From the NCBI GenBank assembly GCA_010909165.1, contig VJWM01000019.1, forward strand, positions 1,550,001 to 1,614,000: 64,000 bases of DNA, written 5' to 3'. Below the pieces are notes generated by a model that did no database searches, was not told the DNA's origin, and was given only the letters and a program-made list of their open reading frames with translations. This document shows, one piece after another, positions 23,536 to 38,000 of the stretch. The stretch comes from Anthoceros angustus. Taxonomy: Eukaryota > Plantae > Anthocerotophyta. Positions within the stretch are counted from its first letter, which is position 1. Every line of letters starts with the position of its first letter. The translations under genes and the position numbers were made by a program.

Positions 23536-26500
23536 TTGTATTGTATTATTCATTCAGTTTTGGCAACAACCGCTTGCGCAACCTTCACACATAGTAACCC
23601 CTGGGGATGGCTGTTCTGGTGGGGGAACCAAGAGAAGGGAAGCGGGAATATCCTCCCATATTTCCCTCGAAGGAGAGGGGGTCCGCTCCAGGCGCATGGA
23701 GTCCGGAATTCCCTCCCAGTCTTCGTCCTCCTGGGTGCATCTTACTTTGGGCGGGCGGCCCTCCGGTTCCTGCGCTCTTTCCTCCCGCTCTGCCTCCGGT
23801 AGGGTTGCCAGCCCCTTCCGGAGCGCTCGCTCCTCCTCCCCTTCCTTTAGAAGATTGAGGTGTCCCCACACATGGACAATGAACGGAGACAATGCCGACG
23901 GGGGGTGGCCTCTCGTTCCTCAGCTTCCTCGACTCCTGAGCAATATGGGCGAAGATGATCCAACCCCAATCCGCCCCCAATCCACCCTCTTGCTCCTCTG
24001 AAGGGCGTGTAGGAAGACCAGCAGATTGTCACCAAGGTGGTCTACCTTGATGAGCATGTTCCAGTGGAAGATAATCTTCGCCACTGCCCTCACTCGTCGG
24101 TCTAGCGGGTCCGACATGAGCCATCCGTTGGAGGACCGCTGCGTCCCCGGCCTTAGGAGCACCACTTTAGCGACCTTCACCTTCCCCTTCACCTTTAGGG
24201 GCTCCGGCACTACACCCCCTACCTCCTCTGCTGGGCGATCATACACCGCCCTAAGGACCTCCACAGTCCACCTCCTCGGGTCCTCCCGCAAACTCTTAGA
24301 GCGGACAGACTTGGTGGCCGCCGCCAACATCTTTCGGGCGTATTCCCGGACCACCGCCACGCTATCAAAGGTCCACATTGCTTGGAAAATGTCTAGGTAC
24401 CATTCCTGCACCAACTCCTCCGCCTAGGCCAGCCAGGGGCCGAAATTTGGGTAGCGCCTTGTAACGATGTTCTTCTCTACCAGGCGCCAGGGCTCCCAGA
24501 CCTCCGCCGCCTTCTTGGGTCCCATGCTTGCGCTCCGGCTGATTCGTTGGTGAGGTATGGTGGGCAAGGATACTCCTGCAAAGTTCTGAAGTGATGAGCG
24601 CGCTATTCGAAGGCGAAGACCGCTCGGCGATACGCTTGGGCGTCGGAAGAGAAGGCGCCAAAGAGCGGGATATCTAAGCGCGAGTGACCGCGAAAACTGC
24701 TGAGAAGACGATCGAGAGAATGGCCTTCTCTCAGCGTCGGGAGTAACTGATGCGCGGGAAGACGTCCTTTCGCTGCCAATAACTGCCAGAGTCCTGCATC
24801 GTGTACTCTAACTTTACGCCGCCGCCTTCCTAGCGCATGGTTCTTGGGTCGTGGTTACCTGCCTATAACGGTCGCTAACAACTCTGCGCTCCTGGTCCCC
24901 TGCATGCCCGTCCTCCTCTCAGCACCGTACACGTGGCCCTCTTGCCTATTACGCTCCATCCCGTTTTCGCAATTACCCTTCCCATCGGACTTATCGTGTT
25001 CTAGGTCGTCTTCTACCGACCCCTTGTCCATCGTCATTCCCTCTATTCACCCTTATTTCCCCTTTTTCGCCTTATTTTCCACCCATGCACTAGCGAAAAA
25101 CAAAAAAACTGCCTATTACCTTCCTAAGGGGAAATCCACAGTTCTCTCCTTGTCCACACCTACCTACCACCGGTGCGGTGGACCTGGTACACACGGTCTT
25201 TGCTCCCCTGGCCCTTACCGTCTCTTCTTAGCTACATGTGAGCGGAGGAGATGCCGCTTTGTCACCAACCCTCTGACATGCTCCCATGTACAGTCATATG
25301 ACTGCAGTGATCAAATCCATCAAAGTGTTGGGTATGGATGCATTATTAGTGACTAGTATTATGTATGCCCTAAATGTGCACATGGCGCTAAGAGGAAGGC
25401 GGAGTCCCTCGACTCTACGAGGAGGAGAAGCGCCGTACCGCTGAAACAGAGGCAAGGTCCGCCCAGTAGGACAGGGCTAGGATGCTCCAGCTGTGCGAAT
25501 AGTTGAAGCACGCTCAGGAGGCGCAGGCGCAGGCGGAGGACCTGTGCCAGAGAAGGGAAGTGGCAAGAGAGGAAGCGGAGGGAGCATGCAGAGGCGGAGG
25601 CCAAAGAAGTGGCGGCCGTGCCGAGGAGCCAGGCAGTGGAGGCTTAGCTGAAGGGGCGGCAGGCGGAGGCCGCTGACCGGGACCACTACGTGGGATAGGA
25701 ATAGATGGAGGAGGAGGCGCAGAAGCCTGGCGGAGGCGGAGCAAGCAGCGTGGCCGTGGTGAGGAGATGGAAGTGAGCACCAAGGAGTTGGGGGACCTCC
25801 GGCTGCAGCTCCAGGATTTGGAAGGAGAGCGCCAGGAGTTGGAAGGCCAGAAGGAGACTCTGGAGCTACGACTCCGGGTAGTGGAAGAGCGGAATGGACT
25901 CTTTCAAGGGCGGATAGGAGATCATGAGCAGGAGATAGAACGACTTCAGCTCTGCTTGAGGGTGGAGGAGGGTCGCCGGCGCAGCAAGGAGCAAGACGTT
26001 GCCGAGGTGGACGACACTAGGCGTCGAGCGGGGTTACCTGGGCGGCTGGAACAGGATATGGCGACCCTGGAGGAGAAAATGGCAGGGCAGAAGAGGGCTC
26101 TAAAGGAAGCTATTGATCCGCCTACGGAACTTAGAAGGAGAACTCCGGTCCATGGCCGGAAAGTTGGCAGAGCTGCTAAAGTAGCAGGAGGAGGAGCGCG
26201 CCAAGGAGAAGCAATGACTCCAGGAGGTGGCGGAAGCCGCCTTAACGGCTTCACGGGACTCGGCCAGGACCAGGTTGGACGACCTCACAATGAGGACGGC
26301 GCAACAAGCAACCAGGCACGCCCAACTACCGGAGAATCTCTGGAGGCGGGAGTATCAAGTGCTCCGCGCTCATGTAGAGGAGGCCATCTAACAGGTCGAC
26401 TCCGACGTCCGGACTCAGGAGGGGGGAACGAGTCCAGTAATTCTAACCCTGGGAGTGGAGGTAGGGGTAGTTGAGAGTAATCTCAACCAGCCCAGGAAGA

Positions 26501-27042
26501 ATGGGCTCCGGACGGACCCACAGGGCAGGGACCCACCAGCGCGCCAGTGGACATTGAGGAGGAGGACTTAGTGGTTACTGCAGTTGTCAGTCTACCTCCA
26601 GTGGCGCAGCCTGACAGAATTAGAGGTAGGGGATGAGCCTCCGCGGGACTCCGGGGGTCGCAGATCATTCGATTCGGTGCTCCGCAGATGCTAAAGTTCG
26701 GGATTGGGCTGCCAGCGCTAGGGAGGAATCTTGGTCAACCACAGCCCCACCGCCATAGACGTAGGTAGGGAAAATAGGGGAGGAGGAGGGCCACTTGCTA
26801 GGGCATAGTGAGCTGGACATTACCTTGGATTAGGGGTGTAATAAAGGTCCTCCCTCATGACGTAGTATAAGAGGGTGATTGCCACTCAAGTAGAGGGATC
26901 TTTCTTTTGGGGTTGATACCTCGTTATCTTTGCAGGCCCTTGTGTGTCTCTTGCTAACACGAGTCCCGAGTCACTAAGCGGGCAGACTACTCCGGAGAGA
27001 CTGATCCAAGTCCTGGGGGCGGACCCTAACGCGTGGTGGTAT
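23536..27042. mobile_element. Probable 3' part of an LTR (gypsy-like) element with extra ORFs; resumes at 52429-~52981 after the copia insertion
   Basis: Antisense ORF 23920-24414 and a decayed coiled-coil ORF ~25380-26474. Purine tract ggattagggg then TGTAAT at 26837. A ~40-bp tandem unit (ggaccctaacgcgtggtggt..gtgtacaggtgcggagg) is split by the copia and continues at 52429. Candidate LTR end ...taaCA at 52981. No pol seen. Confidence 0.4.
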
Positions 27043-27300
27043 TAATGATATACAATGTTGATATCATAGTTAGGGTTTAGGGGTTTAAGTTATCCATATA
27101 TTACCAAGATATGATAAGCTAGGGTTTACTAGATATGGTGTCGTTTCATTAGGGTTACGTCTCTAAGTGAATAGATACAACGTTTCATTAAATCTAGTTT
27201 AGTTGTCTTTTCATGCATAAGCAACTTACTTCTTTCTTGATCCAACAATGTAATTATTCTATAATGTTTAATTGATCTACATTAGTCCATAAAATCTTCA
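27043..27300 (+). repeat. copia 5' LTR (TA...CA)
   Basis: Matches 52167-52423; followed by a tRNA-iMet PBS-like tggtatcgagc. Confidence 0.9.
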
Positions 27301-29107
27301 TGGTATCGAGCTACCTAGTGTAGGTTGCATTCAAATGAATGCACATTGAAATTGTGCATCGAAAATATGCACAATGCTTTCTTTGATTGTTTTCTTGTTT
27401 TATAAATAAGTTAAAATCAAGAAACATAAGATAGAAAAGAATGGGTGCATTCTTGTTTTATTCTATTTTTATTTTGATGAATTCATATAGATTCTGCAAG
27501 ATCAGGCAGATAGTCTAGCGCACCTCCAGATTGAGTTGCTACTTGAGCAATTCAATGGAGGCACACTAGAGCAGCTGCCTGGTGGGCAGAATTATATGTA
27601 AAAATCATATAAAGAAAACATAAAATGCAGGAATTCTGCATTGTATATACAACCGTGGCACATAGCCATGGAAAATTACATCTACCAAAATCCCCAGGTG
27701 AATCCTAGGAGGAACAATCAAAATCCAAGGCAGGATCGACGCAGAAATGCCGAGAGACAAACCCTGGCACATCAATTACATGGGCGCATCCTACAGTGGA
27801 GCAACTTGCCCAGAAATCAAGCACAAGGAGACACATTGCGAGGAGCCTTCAACACACTTCTCGAATTGCTGTTCCCAACAGAGCTTGACTTGACATTCAC
27901 AATTGGACAGCGCGCGGTGCAACATCAGCCACTTGCTGAGAACATACACCAACGGCTTCCTCACAACAGTTGTACAATGAGGTGTAAGGCCGGAAGGAGA
28001 CTGAGCTACGACTCGGGTAGTGGAAGAGCGGAATGGACTCTTTCAAGGCGGATAGGAGATCATGAGCGGGGAGATAGAACGACTTCAGCTCGCTGAGGGT
28101 GGAGGAGGTCGCCCGTGCAGGAGCAAGACGTTGCGAGGTGGGACACTAGGCGTCGGCGGGGTTACACGGGCGGAGCAGGATATGGCGACCCGGAGGAGAA
28201 AATGGCGAGGCGAAGAGGGCTCTAAGGAAGCTATTGATCCGCCTCACGGAACTTAGAAGGAGAACTCGGTCCATGGCCGGAAAGTTGGTACTAAAGTAGC
28301 AGGAGGAGGAGGCGCGCCAAGGAGAAGCAATGACTCCGGAGGTGGCGGAAGCCGCCTTAGCGCTCACGGACTCGGCCAGGACCAGGTTGGACGACCTCAC
28401 AATGAGGACGGCGCAACAAGCAACCAGGCACGCCCAACTACGGAGAATCTCGAGGCGGAGTATCAAGTGCTCCGCTCATGTAGAGGAGGCCATCTAGCAG
28501 TCGACTCCGTCCGGACTCGGGAGGAAGCAGGTCCAGAATTCTAACCCCAGGAGTGGAGGTAGGGGTAGTTGAGAGTAATCTCAACCCGGCCAGAAGAATG
28601 GGCTCCGGACGGACCCACAGGCGAGGACCCAGGCGCCCGGTGGACATTGAGGAGGAGGACTTAGTGGTTCTGCGGTTGTCGATCTACCTCCGATTGGCTG
28701 ACTGACGAGGTAGAGGTAGGGGATGAGCCTCGACCCGGGACTCGCAGATCATTCGATTGATTGCTCAGATGCTAAAGTTCGGGATTGGGCTGCCAGCTAG
28801 GAGGAATCTTGGTCAACCATGCCCCACCGCCAGCGTAGGTAGGGAAAATAGGGAGGAGGGCCACTTGCTAGGGCATAGTGAGCTGGACATTACCTTGGAT
28901 TAGGGGTGTAATAAAGGTCCTCCCTCATGACGTAGTATAAGAGGGTGATTGCCACTCAAGTAGAGGGATCTTTCTTTTGGGGTTGATACCTCGTTATCTG
29001 GTGCCCTTGTGTGTCTCTTGCTAACACGAGTCCCGAGTCACTAAGCGGGCGGACTACTCGGGAGGCCCGATCCAAGTCCCGGGCGGACCCTAGCAGCGTG
29101 GTGGTAT

Positions 29108-29394
29108 TAATGATATACAATGTTGATATCATAGTTAGGGTTTAGGGGTTTAAGTTATCCATATATTACCAAGATATGATAAGCTAGGGTTTACTAGATA
29201 TGGTGTCGTTTCATTAGGGTTACGTCTCTAAGTGAATAGATACAGTGAAAAGACAACTAAACTAGATCATTAAATCTAGTTTAGTTGTCTTTTCATGCAT
29301 AAGCAACTTACTTCTTTCTTGATCCAACAATGTAATTATTCTATAATGTTTAATTGATCTACATTAGACCATAAAATCTTCATGGTATCAGAGC
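29108..29394 (+). repeat. Second copy of the 5' LTR plus intact tRNA-iMet PBS (tggtatcagagc, 29383-29394), part of a ~1.7 kb duplication of 25845-27620
   Basis: Same flank (gtggtat|taatgatatac) as the first copy; the upstream 27985-29107 repeats 25845-27042 with many small deletions. Confidence 0.85.
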
Positions 29395-30459
29395 ATACCT
29401 AGTGTAGGTTGCATTCAAATGAATAAACATTGAAATTGTGCATCAGAAAATATGCACAATGTTTTCTTTGATTGTTTTCTTGTTTTATAAATAAGTTAAA
29501 ATCAAGAAACATAAGATAGAAAAAGAATGGGTGCATTCTTGTTTTATTTCTATTTTTATTTTGATGAATTCATATAGATTACGCAAGATCGAGATAGTCT
29601 AGCGCACCTCAGTTGAGTTGCTACTTGAGCAATTCAATGGAGGCACACTAGAGCATGCACGGTGGGCAAAATTATATGTAAAATCATATAAAGAAAACAA
29701 AGAAGCAGAACACACTGGTGCAATTGCACAGGCATTGGGAAAAGAGCAGCGGTGAGTTCCTCGCAAGGAGGGAACCGTGAATCAAATGTTGTGGTAAAAA
29801 GGTTAATACCCCATCGCTCTTACAGTTGGGACTAGGGAGTTTGCTAGTCCATTCTTGCTTCCACTTGTCTTTCCTCCAAAGTGAATTTGAAACCAGCGTA
29901 ATGGTTCTTAGAATCTGGTGCTCGCACATATTTGCTTTGATAGGAATGAATTTAAATAATCAAAGTCGCGTCTGGGGCCTCGGCCAGCCCAAATTGATTT
30001 TTTCGGGGTAGTGTAAATTTTTAGAGAGAATTGACCTTTGGTCATTGTTTTACCAGACGGTAAAATTCATTACAAGATAGTAGAAAATCATCTACCATCA
30101 AGGTACAAAACAATGAACCATCCAAGTGGGGTAAAATCATCTACCATCAAGGTAGAAAATAGAGCACTAGAGTAGAAAACATGGACCAAGTGAATACCGG
30201 TGGGTCTAGAAGCTCATTCTAGAAATCCCACCAAAATCCCGGTGAATCCTAGGAGGAACAATCAAAATCCAAGGCGGGATCGGCGAAATGCCGAGAGACA
30301 AACCCGCACATCAATTACATGGGCGCATCCTACGGTGGAGCAACTTGCCCGTAAATCAAGCACAAGGAGACACATTGCGAGGCCTTCAACACACTTCTCG
30401 AATTGCTGTTCCCAGAGCTTGACTTGACATTCACAATTGACAACGGTGCAACATCGCCA

Positions 30460-33400
30460 CTTCGAGAACATGGTAAGCGCAATGACTCTAAGGAATTTTG
30501 AACCTAAGGATGAAGGACGGTGACTCGGTGGAGAAACACGTGAGTACCTTCAGACCCTAGCCTCACGGCTTGAGGTGCCTCAAAGTTGCCATTGGAGATG
30601 ATGAGATGGTGATGAGGCTCCTTCTTTCGCTTCAGTCATGGTCACATTTCGTGACTTCTCATCTGTTGCTCAAACACAAGCTACGTTGTTAGCTAAAAGC
30701 AAGGCATAGAGATGCACGAAATGAGCTTCTCACAGCTCGTGAGTTCCATCTTTGCAAGAAGAAGCCAGCGGACCAACCATAAGCGAGAAACAAAGGCCTG
30801 TACACCTCACAACAAGGACGAGGAGGGAAGAAGCCCTTCTCCAAAGGAGGTGGTGGAAACTCTTCCGGTAGCTCGCGGATCCTCACCGGGAAGAAAACAA
30901 AGAAGCAGAACACACTGGTGCAATTGCACAGGCATTGGGAAAAGAGCAGCGGTGAGTTCCTCGCAAGGAGGGAACCGTGAATCAAATGTTGTGGTAAAAA
31001 GGTTAATACCCCATCGCTCTTACAGTTGGGACTAGGGAGTTTGCTAGTCCATTCTTGCTTCCACTTGTCTTTCCTCCAAAGTGAATTTGAAACCAGCGTA
31101 ATGGTTCTTAGAATCTGGTGCTCTTGCACATATTTGCTTTGATAGGAATGAATTTAAATAATCAAAGTCGCGTCTGGGGCCTCGGCCAGCCCAAATTGAT
31201 TTTTTCGGGGTAGTGTAAATTTTTAGAGAGAATTGACCTTTGGTCATTGTTTTACCAGACGGTAAAATTCATTACAAGATAGTAGAAAATCATCTACCAT
31301 CAAGGTACAAAACAATGAACCATCCAAGTGGGGTAAAATCATCTACCATCAAGGTAGAAAATAGAGCACTAGAGTAGAAAACATGGACCAAGTGAATACC
31401 GGTGGGTCTAGAAGCTCATTCTAGAAATCCCACCAAAATCGCTAATCGACAAAAACATTTTCATTAAATAATATTCATGCGGATCCGGGATATACAAAAC
31501 CAACAAAGAAACCTTTTCTTTGCGAGTTTCTATATCCGATGGCATGAAATACAAATTCAACTAATGAAGAGTAAATACCGAATAGATTGAACTACGCTAG
31601 ATTGAACTCTACTTCAACAACAATGGAACCTACAAACAAAAGCGAAACAAACCGTGATTAGGGCGATACTAGAAAACCGAAATAATCATAGCAAATACTT
31701 AGGAAATGATACTCACCTTATTTAGGAAATTGATTGTACAATCAGAGGACAAACTCTTAGGAGTTCAGCAACCCAAAATGGGTGACACATCCTCTACACA
31801 TAATTTTGAAGCGATGAGTCCTTCAAGGAGAAGGGAGTTCCATGAAATGACTTTGACATCGGCTTATAAGAATGGGCGTTCTCGAAATGAGAGGCCTCCT
31901 CAAACATGCTCTTGGAAAAGTAATGAAACCAGACGAGGATCTTGGAGAGGAAGAATGGTTAGCTAAGGACAGTGAGCCAAATACCTCATCTGTGATGGCG
32001 ACAACCGAGATGTTGAGGCGAGGGTGCATACTTGGCCGAAATCATGAATCGTCTAAAGGAACTCTCGTAGCGAGAACATGGTAAGCGCAATGACTCTAAG
32101 GAATTTTGAACCTAAGGATGAAGGACGGTGACTCGGTGGAGAAACACGTGAGTACCTTGACCCTAGCCTCACGGCTTGGTGCCTCAAAGTTGCCATTGGA
32201 GATGATGAAATGGTGATGAGGCTCCTTCTTTCGCTTCAGTCATGGTCACATTTCGTGACTTCTCACAATTGCTCAAACACAAGCTACGTTGTTAGCTAAA
32301 AGCAAGGCATAGAGATGCCTGAAATGAGCTTCTCACAGCTCGTGAGTTCCATGCTGCAAGAAGAAGCCAGCAGGACCAACCATAAGAACTTTGCAGGGAA
32401 ACAAAAGGCCCTGTACACCTCACAACAAGGACGAGGAGGGAAGAAGCCCTTCTCCAAAGGAGGTGGTGGAAACTCTTCCAGGGAGGTAGCTCGCGGATCC
32501 TCACCGGAAGAAAACAAAAGCAGGAACACCAGCTGGTGCATTGCACTGGCATTGGGAAAAGAGTCATAAAAGCGGTGAGTTCCAAGGAGGGAACCAATGA
32601 ATCAAATGTTGTGGTAAAAAGGTTAATACCCCATCGCTCTTCTGATTGGGACTAGGGAGTTTGCTAGTCCATTCGCTTCCACTTGTCTTTCCTCCAAAGT
32701 GAATTTGAAACCAACAGAATGGTTCTTAGAATCTTTTCGCACATATTTGCTTTGATAGGAATGAATTTAAAACACATACGTAAAGTCGCGGCCTCGTGGG
32801 GCCTCGGCGACCTGATTTTTTGGTGGTGGGTAAATTTTTAGAGAGAATTGACCTTTGGTCATGTCGCTTTGGCTAGCATTGATCTGCAGGATTTGAAAGA
32901 GCAGCTAACACACTTAGATTACAAGCTTGTAATGTTGCTGAAACGAGTTGTTGGCCAACCCGGATTCGAGAGCACGCAAGCACGTAAGTAAAACTAAGCA
33001 TGAAAGGAAGTTTGATACACCTAACTCTTGCCCTTCATGCTCCACTTACGCATTCAATAAGTTTGAGATGAGAAACTCTAAGATAGTCGCAGCGCTTTGG
33101 GAACAAACCATAGGCGCACGTGAGCAACCACAAAACCAACACGCATTGTAAGTAGAATGTATGGATGGTGAGAATAGTGGCTACAGTGCCCATGATAGTG
33201 TTCATGCTAGTGACCGGGAAGAAGACACATTAGAAAGCTTCTTCAATCAGAGGACAAACTCTTAGGAGTTCAACCAAAATGGGTGACACATCCTCTACAC
33301 ATAATTTTGGAAGCGTGAGTCCTTCAAGGAGAAGGACGGGTTCATGAAATGACTTGACATCGGCTTATAAGAATGGAGGCGTTCTCGAAATGAGAGGCCT

Positions 33401-34274
33401 CCTCAAACATGCTCTTGGAAAAGTAATGAAACAGACGAGGATCTTGGAGAGGAAGAATGGTTAGCTAAGGACAGTGAGCCAAATACCTCATCTGTGATGG
33501 CGACAACCGAGATGTTGAGGCGCGAGGTGCATACTTGGAAATCATGAATCGTCTAAAGGAACTCTCGGCGAGGCATGGCGCGCAGCGGCTCTAAGGAATT
33601 TTGAACCTAAGGATGAAGGACGGTGACTCGGTGGAGAAACACGTGAGTACCTTGGACCCTAGCCTCACGGCTTGAGGTGCCTCCAAAGTTGCCATTGGAG
33701 ATGATGAAATGGTGATGAGGCTCCTTCTTTCGCTTCAGTCATGGTCACATTTCGTGACTTCTCATGTTGCTCAAACACAAGCTACGTTGTTAGCTAAAAG
33801 CAAGGCATAGAGATGCACGAAATGAGCTTCTCACATTTCGTGAGTTCCATCTTTGCAAGAAGAAGCCAGGGACCAACCATAAGCGAGAAACAAAAGGCCT
33901 GTACACCTCACAACAAGGACGAGGAGGAAGAAGCCCTTCTCCAAGGAGGTGGTGGAAACTCTTCGTGGGAGGTAGCTCGCGGATCCTCACCCGGAAGAAA
34001 ACAAAGCAGAACACACCTGGTGCAAGCACAGCCATTGGGAAAAGAGTGCATAAGCGGTGGGTTCCTCGCAAGGAGGAACCCTGAATCAATGTTGTGGTAA
34101 AAAGGTTAATACCCCATCAGCTCTTACAGTTGGGACTAGGGAGTTTGCTAGTCCATTGCTGCTTCCCACTTGTCTTTCCTCCAAAGTGAATTTGAAACCA
34201 ACAGCAGAATGGTTCTTAGATACTGGTGCTACTGCACATATTTGCTTTGATAGGAATGAATTTAAAACATACGT
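30460..34274 (+). pseudogene. copia gag-protease region present as three indel-rich copies (~30460-31160, ~32070-32790, ~33570-34274)
   Basis: Repeated gaacctaaggatgaaggacggtgactcggtggagaaacacgtg block; protease motif EWFLDTGATAHICFDRNEF best preserved at ~34207. Confidence 0.8.
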
Positions 34275-35078
34275 AAAGTCGCGGCCTCGTCTGGGGCCTC
34301 GACGCGCCCAGCTGATTTTTTTTCGGGGTAGTGCAGGTAAATTTTTAGAGAGAGAGAATTGACCTTTCGGTCATTGTTTTACCCAGACAGTAAAATTCAT
34401 TACAGTATAGTAGAAAATCATCTACCATCAAGGTACAAAACAAGAACCATACAAGTGGGGTAAAATCATCTACCATCAAGGTAGAAAATAGAGCACTAGA
34501 GTAGAAAACATGACGACCAAGTGAATACCATGGGTCTAGAAGCTCATTCTAGAAATCCCACCAAAATCGCTAATCGACAAAAACATTTTCATTAAATAAT
34601 ATTCATGCGGATCCGGGATATACAAAAACCAACAAAGAAACCTTTTCTTTGCGAGTTTCTGTATATCCGAATGGCATGAAATACAAATTCAACTAATGAA
34701 GAGTAAATACCGAATAGATTGAACTACGCTAGATTGAACTCTACTTCAACAACAATGGAACCTACAAAACAAAACGAAACAACACACAAACCGTGATTAG
34801 GCGATACTAGAAAACACGGAAATAATCATAGCAAATACTTAGGAAATGATACTCACCTTATTTAGGAAATTGATTGTACAATTATACTGATTGAAAAGCG
34901 TAATTTTCACGACCACTTGGCTTGATTGGCGGTTATGCGGCATCATTCTTGGCAACCAATTGATGAAGGCGAGGACTTGGGCGAAATTGTCGGCTTCACG
35001 CAAGGTGACAACCTAATAAAATACAACCATTGATTTTCAATGTCTGCGATTAATAAAGAGCATAAGAAAACTTACCAA

Positions 35079-38000
35079 TCACACGGATTTTCGCGAGATA
35101 GCGATGCAAATATCTCGAGGCACATTCTTACGCTCTGTTCTCTTTTCCACTGCGGTCTTGAACCTCTTCTTGCTCTGCTCTGCGCTTGATTTCTCTTGAT
35201 GCTTAATGTGCTCTTGTCTCCTCTCCACATTTCTCCGCCTGGATCTCAAGGGCTTTCTCTCTTTGCTTAGAGACTCGTAATTCAAGCGCTTTCGCCTCTG
35301 TCTCTCTATAAGAGCCTCCAAATCCTTTTGAAACTCCAATTCTTTACATCTATCATACTCCAATTCCGTACTCGCGCAATCTCGCAAGCGCTCAAAGCCA
35401 CTTCCATTTCCATTTGCGATCCACGGTGCAATACAATATCGAGGTGCTACCACACATTTACATCTGGTTAACCGGATGGTGATCACACTCACTATGCACA
35501 ATGCCCTCCAACAGAGGGACCACGCATCCACTTCCCTCGGTGTATCAATGTTGAAATGAGGATGAGAATTGCCACTAGTCGCAGGATTCACAACGCCAAG
35601 ATAAACATAATCGAAACTCCAAAAGAAGTGAAAACAAACAAGCAGACAAAGAATCAACCTTGTCAACATATGGAATTTCACTAGAACACCCTTGTTGGTC
35701 CATTATCCATCCGATGCCTTGGCCACGCTTCGGAGGTATGTTTGCAACCAAAAACACCACAGTCTCCACACCGCCGCGAGACCAGATGATTAAACAGATC
35801 CAACATGGCGGGCGCAGCAAGGAACGACAATACCAACGAACTTGAGGACACGTGGACCACATGGTGCGGAAAACTCGATTCGGTCTTGACATTGTTCAAA
35901 GGTGCCTTTCATGATGAACAACGAGTTGCTACGAGACCTAACACACAAAACAAGTCGGGACATTAATCAAAAACAAGTCCTACAAACTTGCAACAAATCT
36001 CAAACACTTACATTGTTAACTGTTGCACTCGCAAAAGTGATCTTGGTGACTAGAAAATACAATTTCGAGTCACATTGAGGGCATTGGCGGAAGAACACCC
36101 TTAAATCATCCGCATCCGATTGATTCTTGGTTCAAAAGCTCGATAGGATCGCCGTTCACCGAGAACAAGGACTCTTCTTGTACTGTTTTGCTTGACGGGC
36201 CGGTCATATCGCAAACCATATCGACATCGAGGAAGGAACATACAAAGGACTCAAATGTCACAAGCTTTCAAAACATATTACCTTGAGAATCCAGCATCAT
36301 TTATGGCGGTCACACTTCTCCCGGCATCGAAGGCACGAGCCATCGTCAAGCGTGTAATCATTGTTACACAGCTCTTATTGGTGTAATAGCCAACGAGCCC
36401 AGCTTCACCATGGTCTTCATGAACCTTGACAACATTCCTTTTGAAACACGGAGTTTTGCATACCAAGCCTAGCCAAAAACAAGCAGTTAGTAAATACAAA
36501 CCACAAAACTTAAGCCCAATAACAACAAACTTACATTTGATCTTGGGTTATCAATTGTTGAATTGAACAAAACCCCGAATTGATTTTTGTCGTTTGCGGA
36601 CCACTTGGGAGAGTGTTCAATATGACTCTAAAAGTTTCGATAACATCCTCGTAAATCTTGACCTTTTGTGAAATGCTCACTCTGGTAATTCTTCATGTCC
36701 ACTTTATAATTTTTGAAAGCCGTTCTTGATACACCGCAAATAAAAGCGAGCTTAATACGACATCAAAACGTCAAAGATACAATGAACAAAACAACCAAAA
36801 ACATCTTGAACAAAAGGTCCTTTTGAATCTGCGAGAACGAAGTCCACGATGAGCGGGTTATGTAACTCTTCACCACCTCGAACTCCAAACTGGTCATGCA
36901 AAAATATGCACACCGCAAACAATAGAGGCATAAGGCCTCCGGTTAAAACCATAAATGAACAATCAAAGTGCACCCCTAAACCAACAATATTACCTTTTTG
37001 AGCCCCGCCCAAATGAGCATTGATGATCTCTGTGAAAGAATCGCTCATCATCGAAATCAACTTCACCTCTTTTCGACATGACACAATTCCAAGATCCTTG
37101 CGATTTTCATGGGCAACCACGCGGACCCATGGAAAATTCCATGAAACATGTTGATCAAGAACATCGAACCAAGCCGGCTTTGGTTCAAGATGCACTTCCT
37201 TGTTAAAATTCGGTTAAAACCACGAAGAAAGACATCAACACACAAGAGAAAATCAATCGGTCATGTGAATGAAAGTCGAACTATCAAAATCAACAAGTCA
37301 AAACATCACTACTTACGTTTGAGAAAATCTCCTGTTGTCCTTGATTCGAACTTGATGGAAAAAGGTATCGAATAAGATTTAGATCCTTGTGAGGATATCC
37401 TCAACAGAGTATCCCATCCCGACCCACTCACTTTCATAAAGGCCGAGGCGACTTGACACGGTTATTACGCGTTTGGACCTATCCTCCCCACCACTCAACG
37501 CATCATTCACTCCCTCGGGACTATTGGGTCAAATCCACACTCTCGAAAATTGCTTCATCATCAATTTCCTCCATACCCATGGCAAAGTCATCTTGGGATC
37601 ATCACACTTTAGCCTCTCAAACATATCAAGCACTTCTTGATCGGGGATGACTCGGTCGGAACCACATGGAAGCGCCCAGTAAAGCATTCATTCACGGCAG
37701 CACACAAATCTCTAGACTCAGACAGTTTTGGCGGCACTCACAACCATGGGATCGTCGGTTATCAAGAAATCATTCTCCCCACAAAGCTGGACCCCTCTCT
37801 CGAGACCGGACATAGTTAGTAATCTCGCAAGAGGACCTTCAACCAAAGCCACAGTCGAGTGTCCACCCTTCTCCTCTTGAACAAACTCGGTGCACGAGCG
37901 TCCTTCTTGGATGAAAATCGCCTTGGCGGTTTGGGCAAGTCTTTTGGGAACTAAGTTCCTTCACGTGCACCAAGACACCATCAACTTTACCATCATCCTG

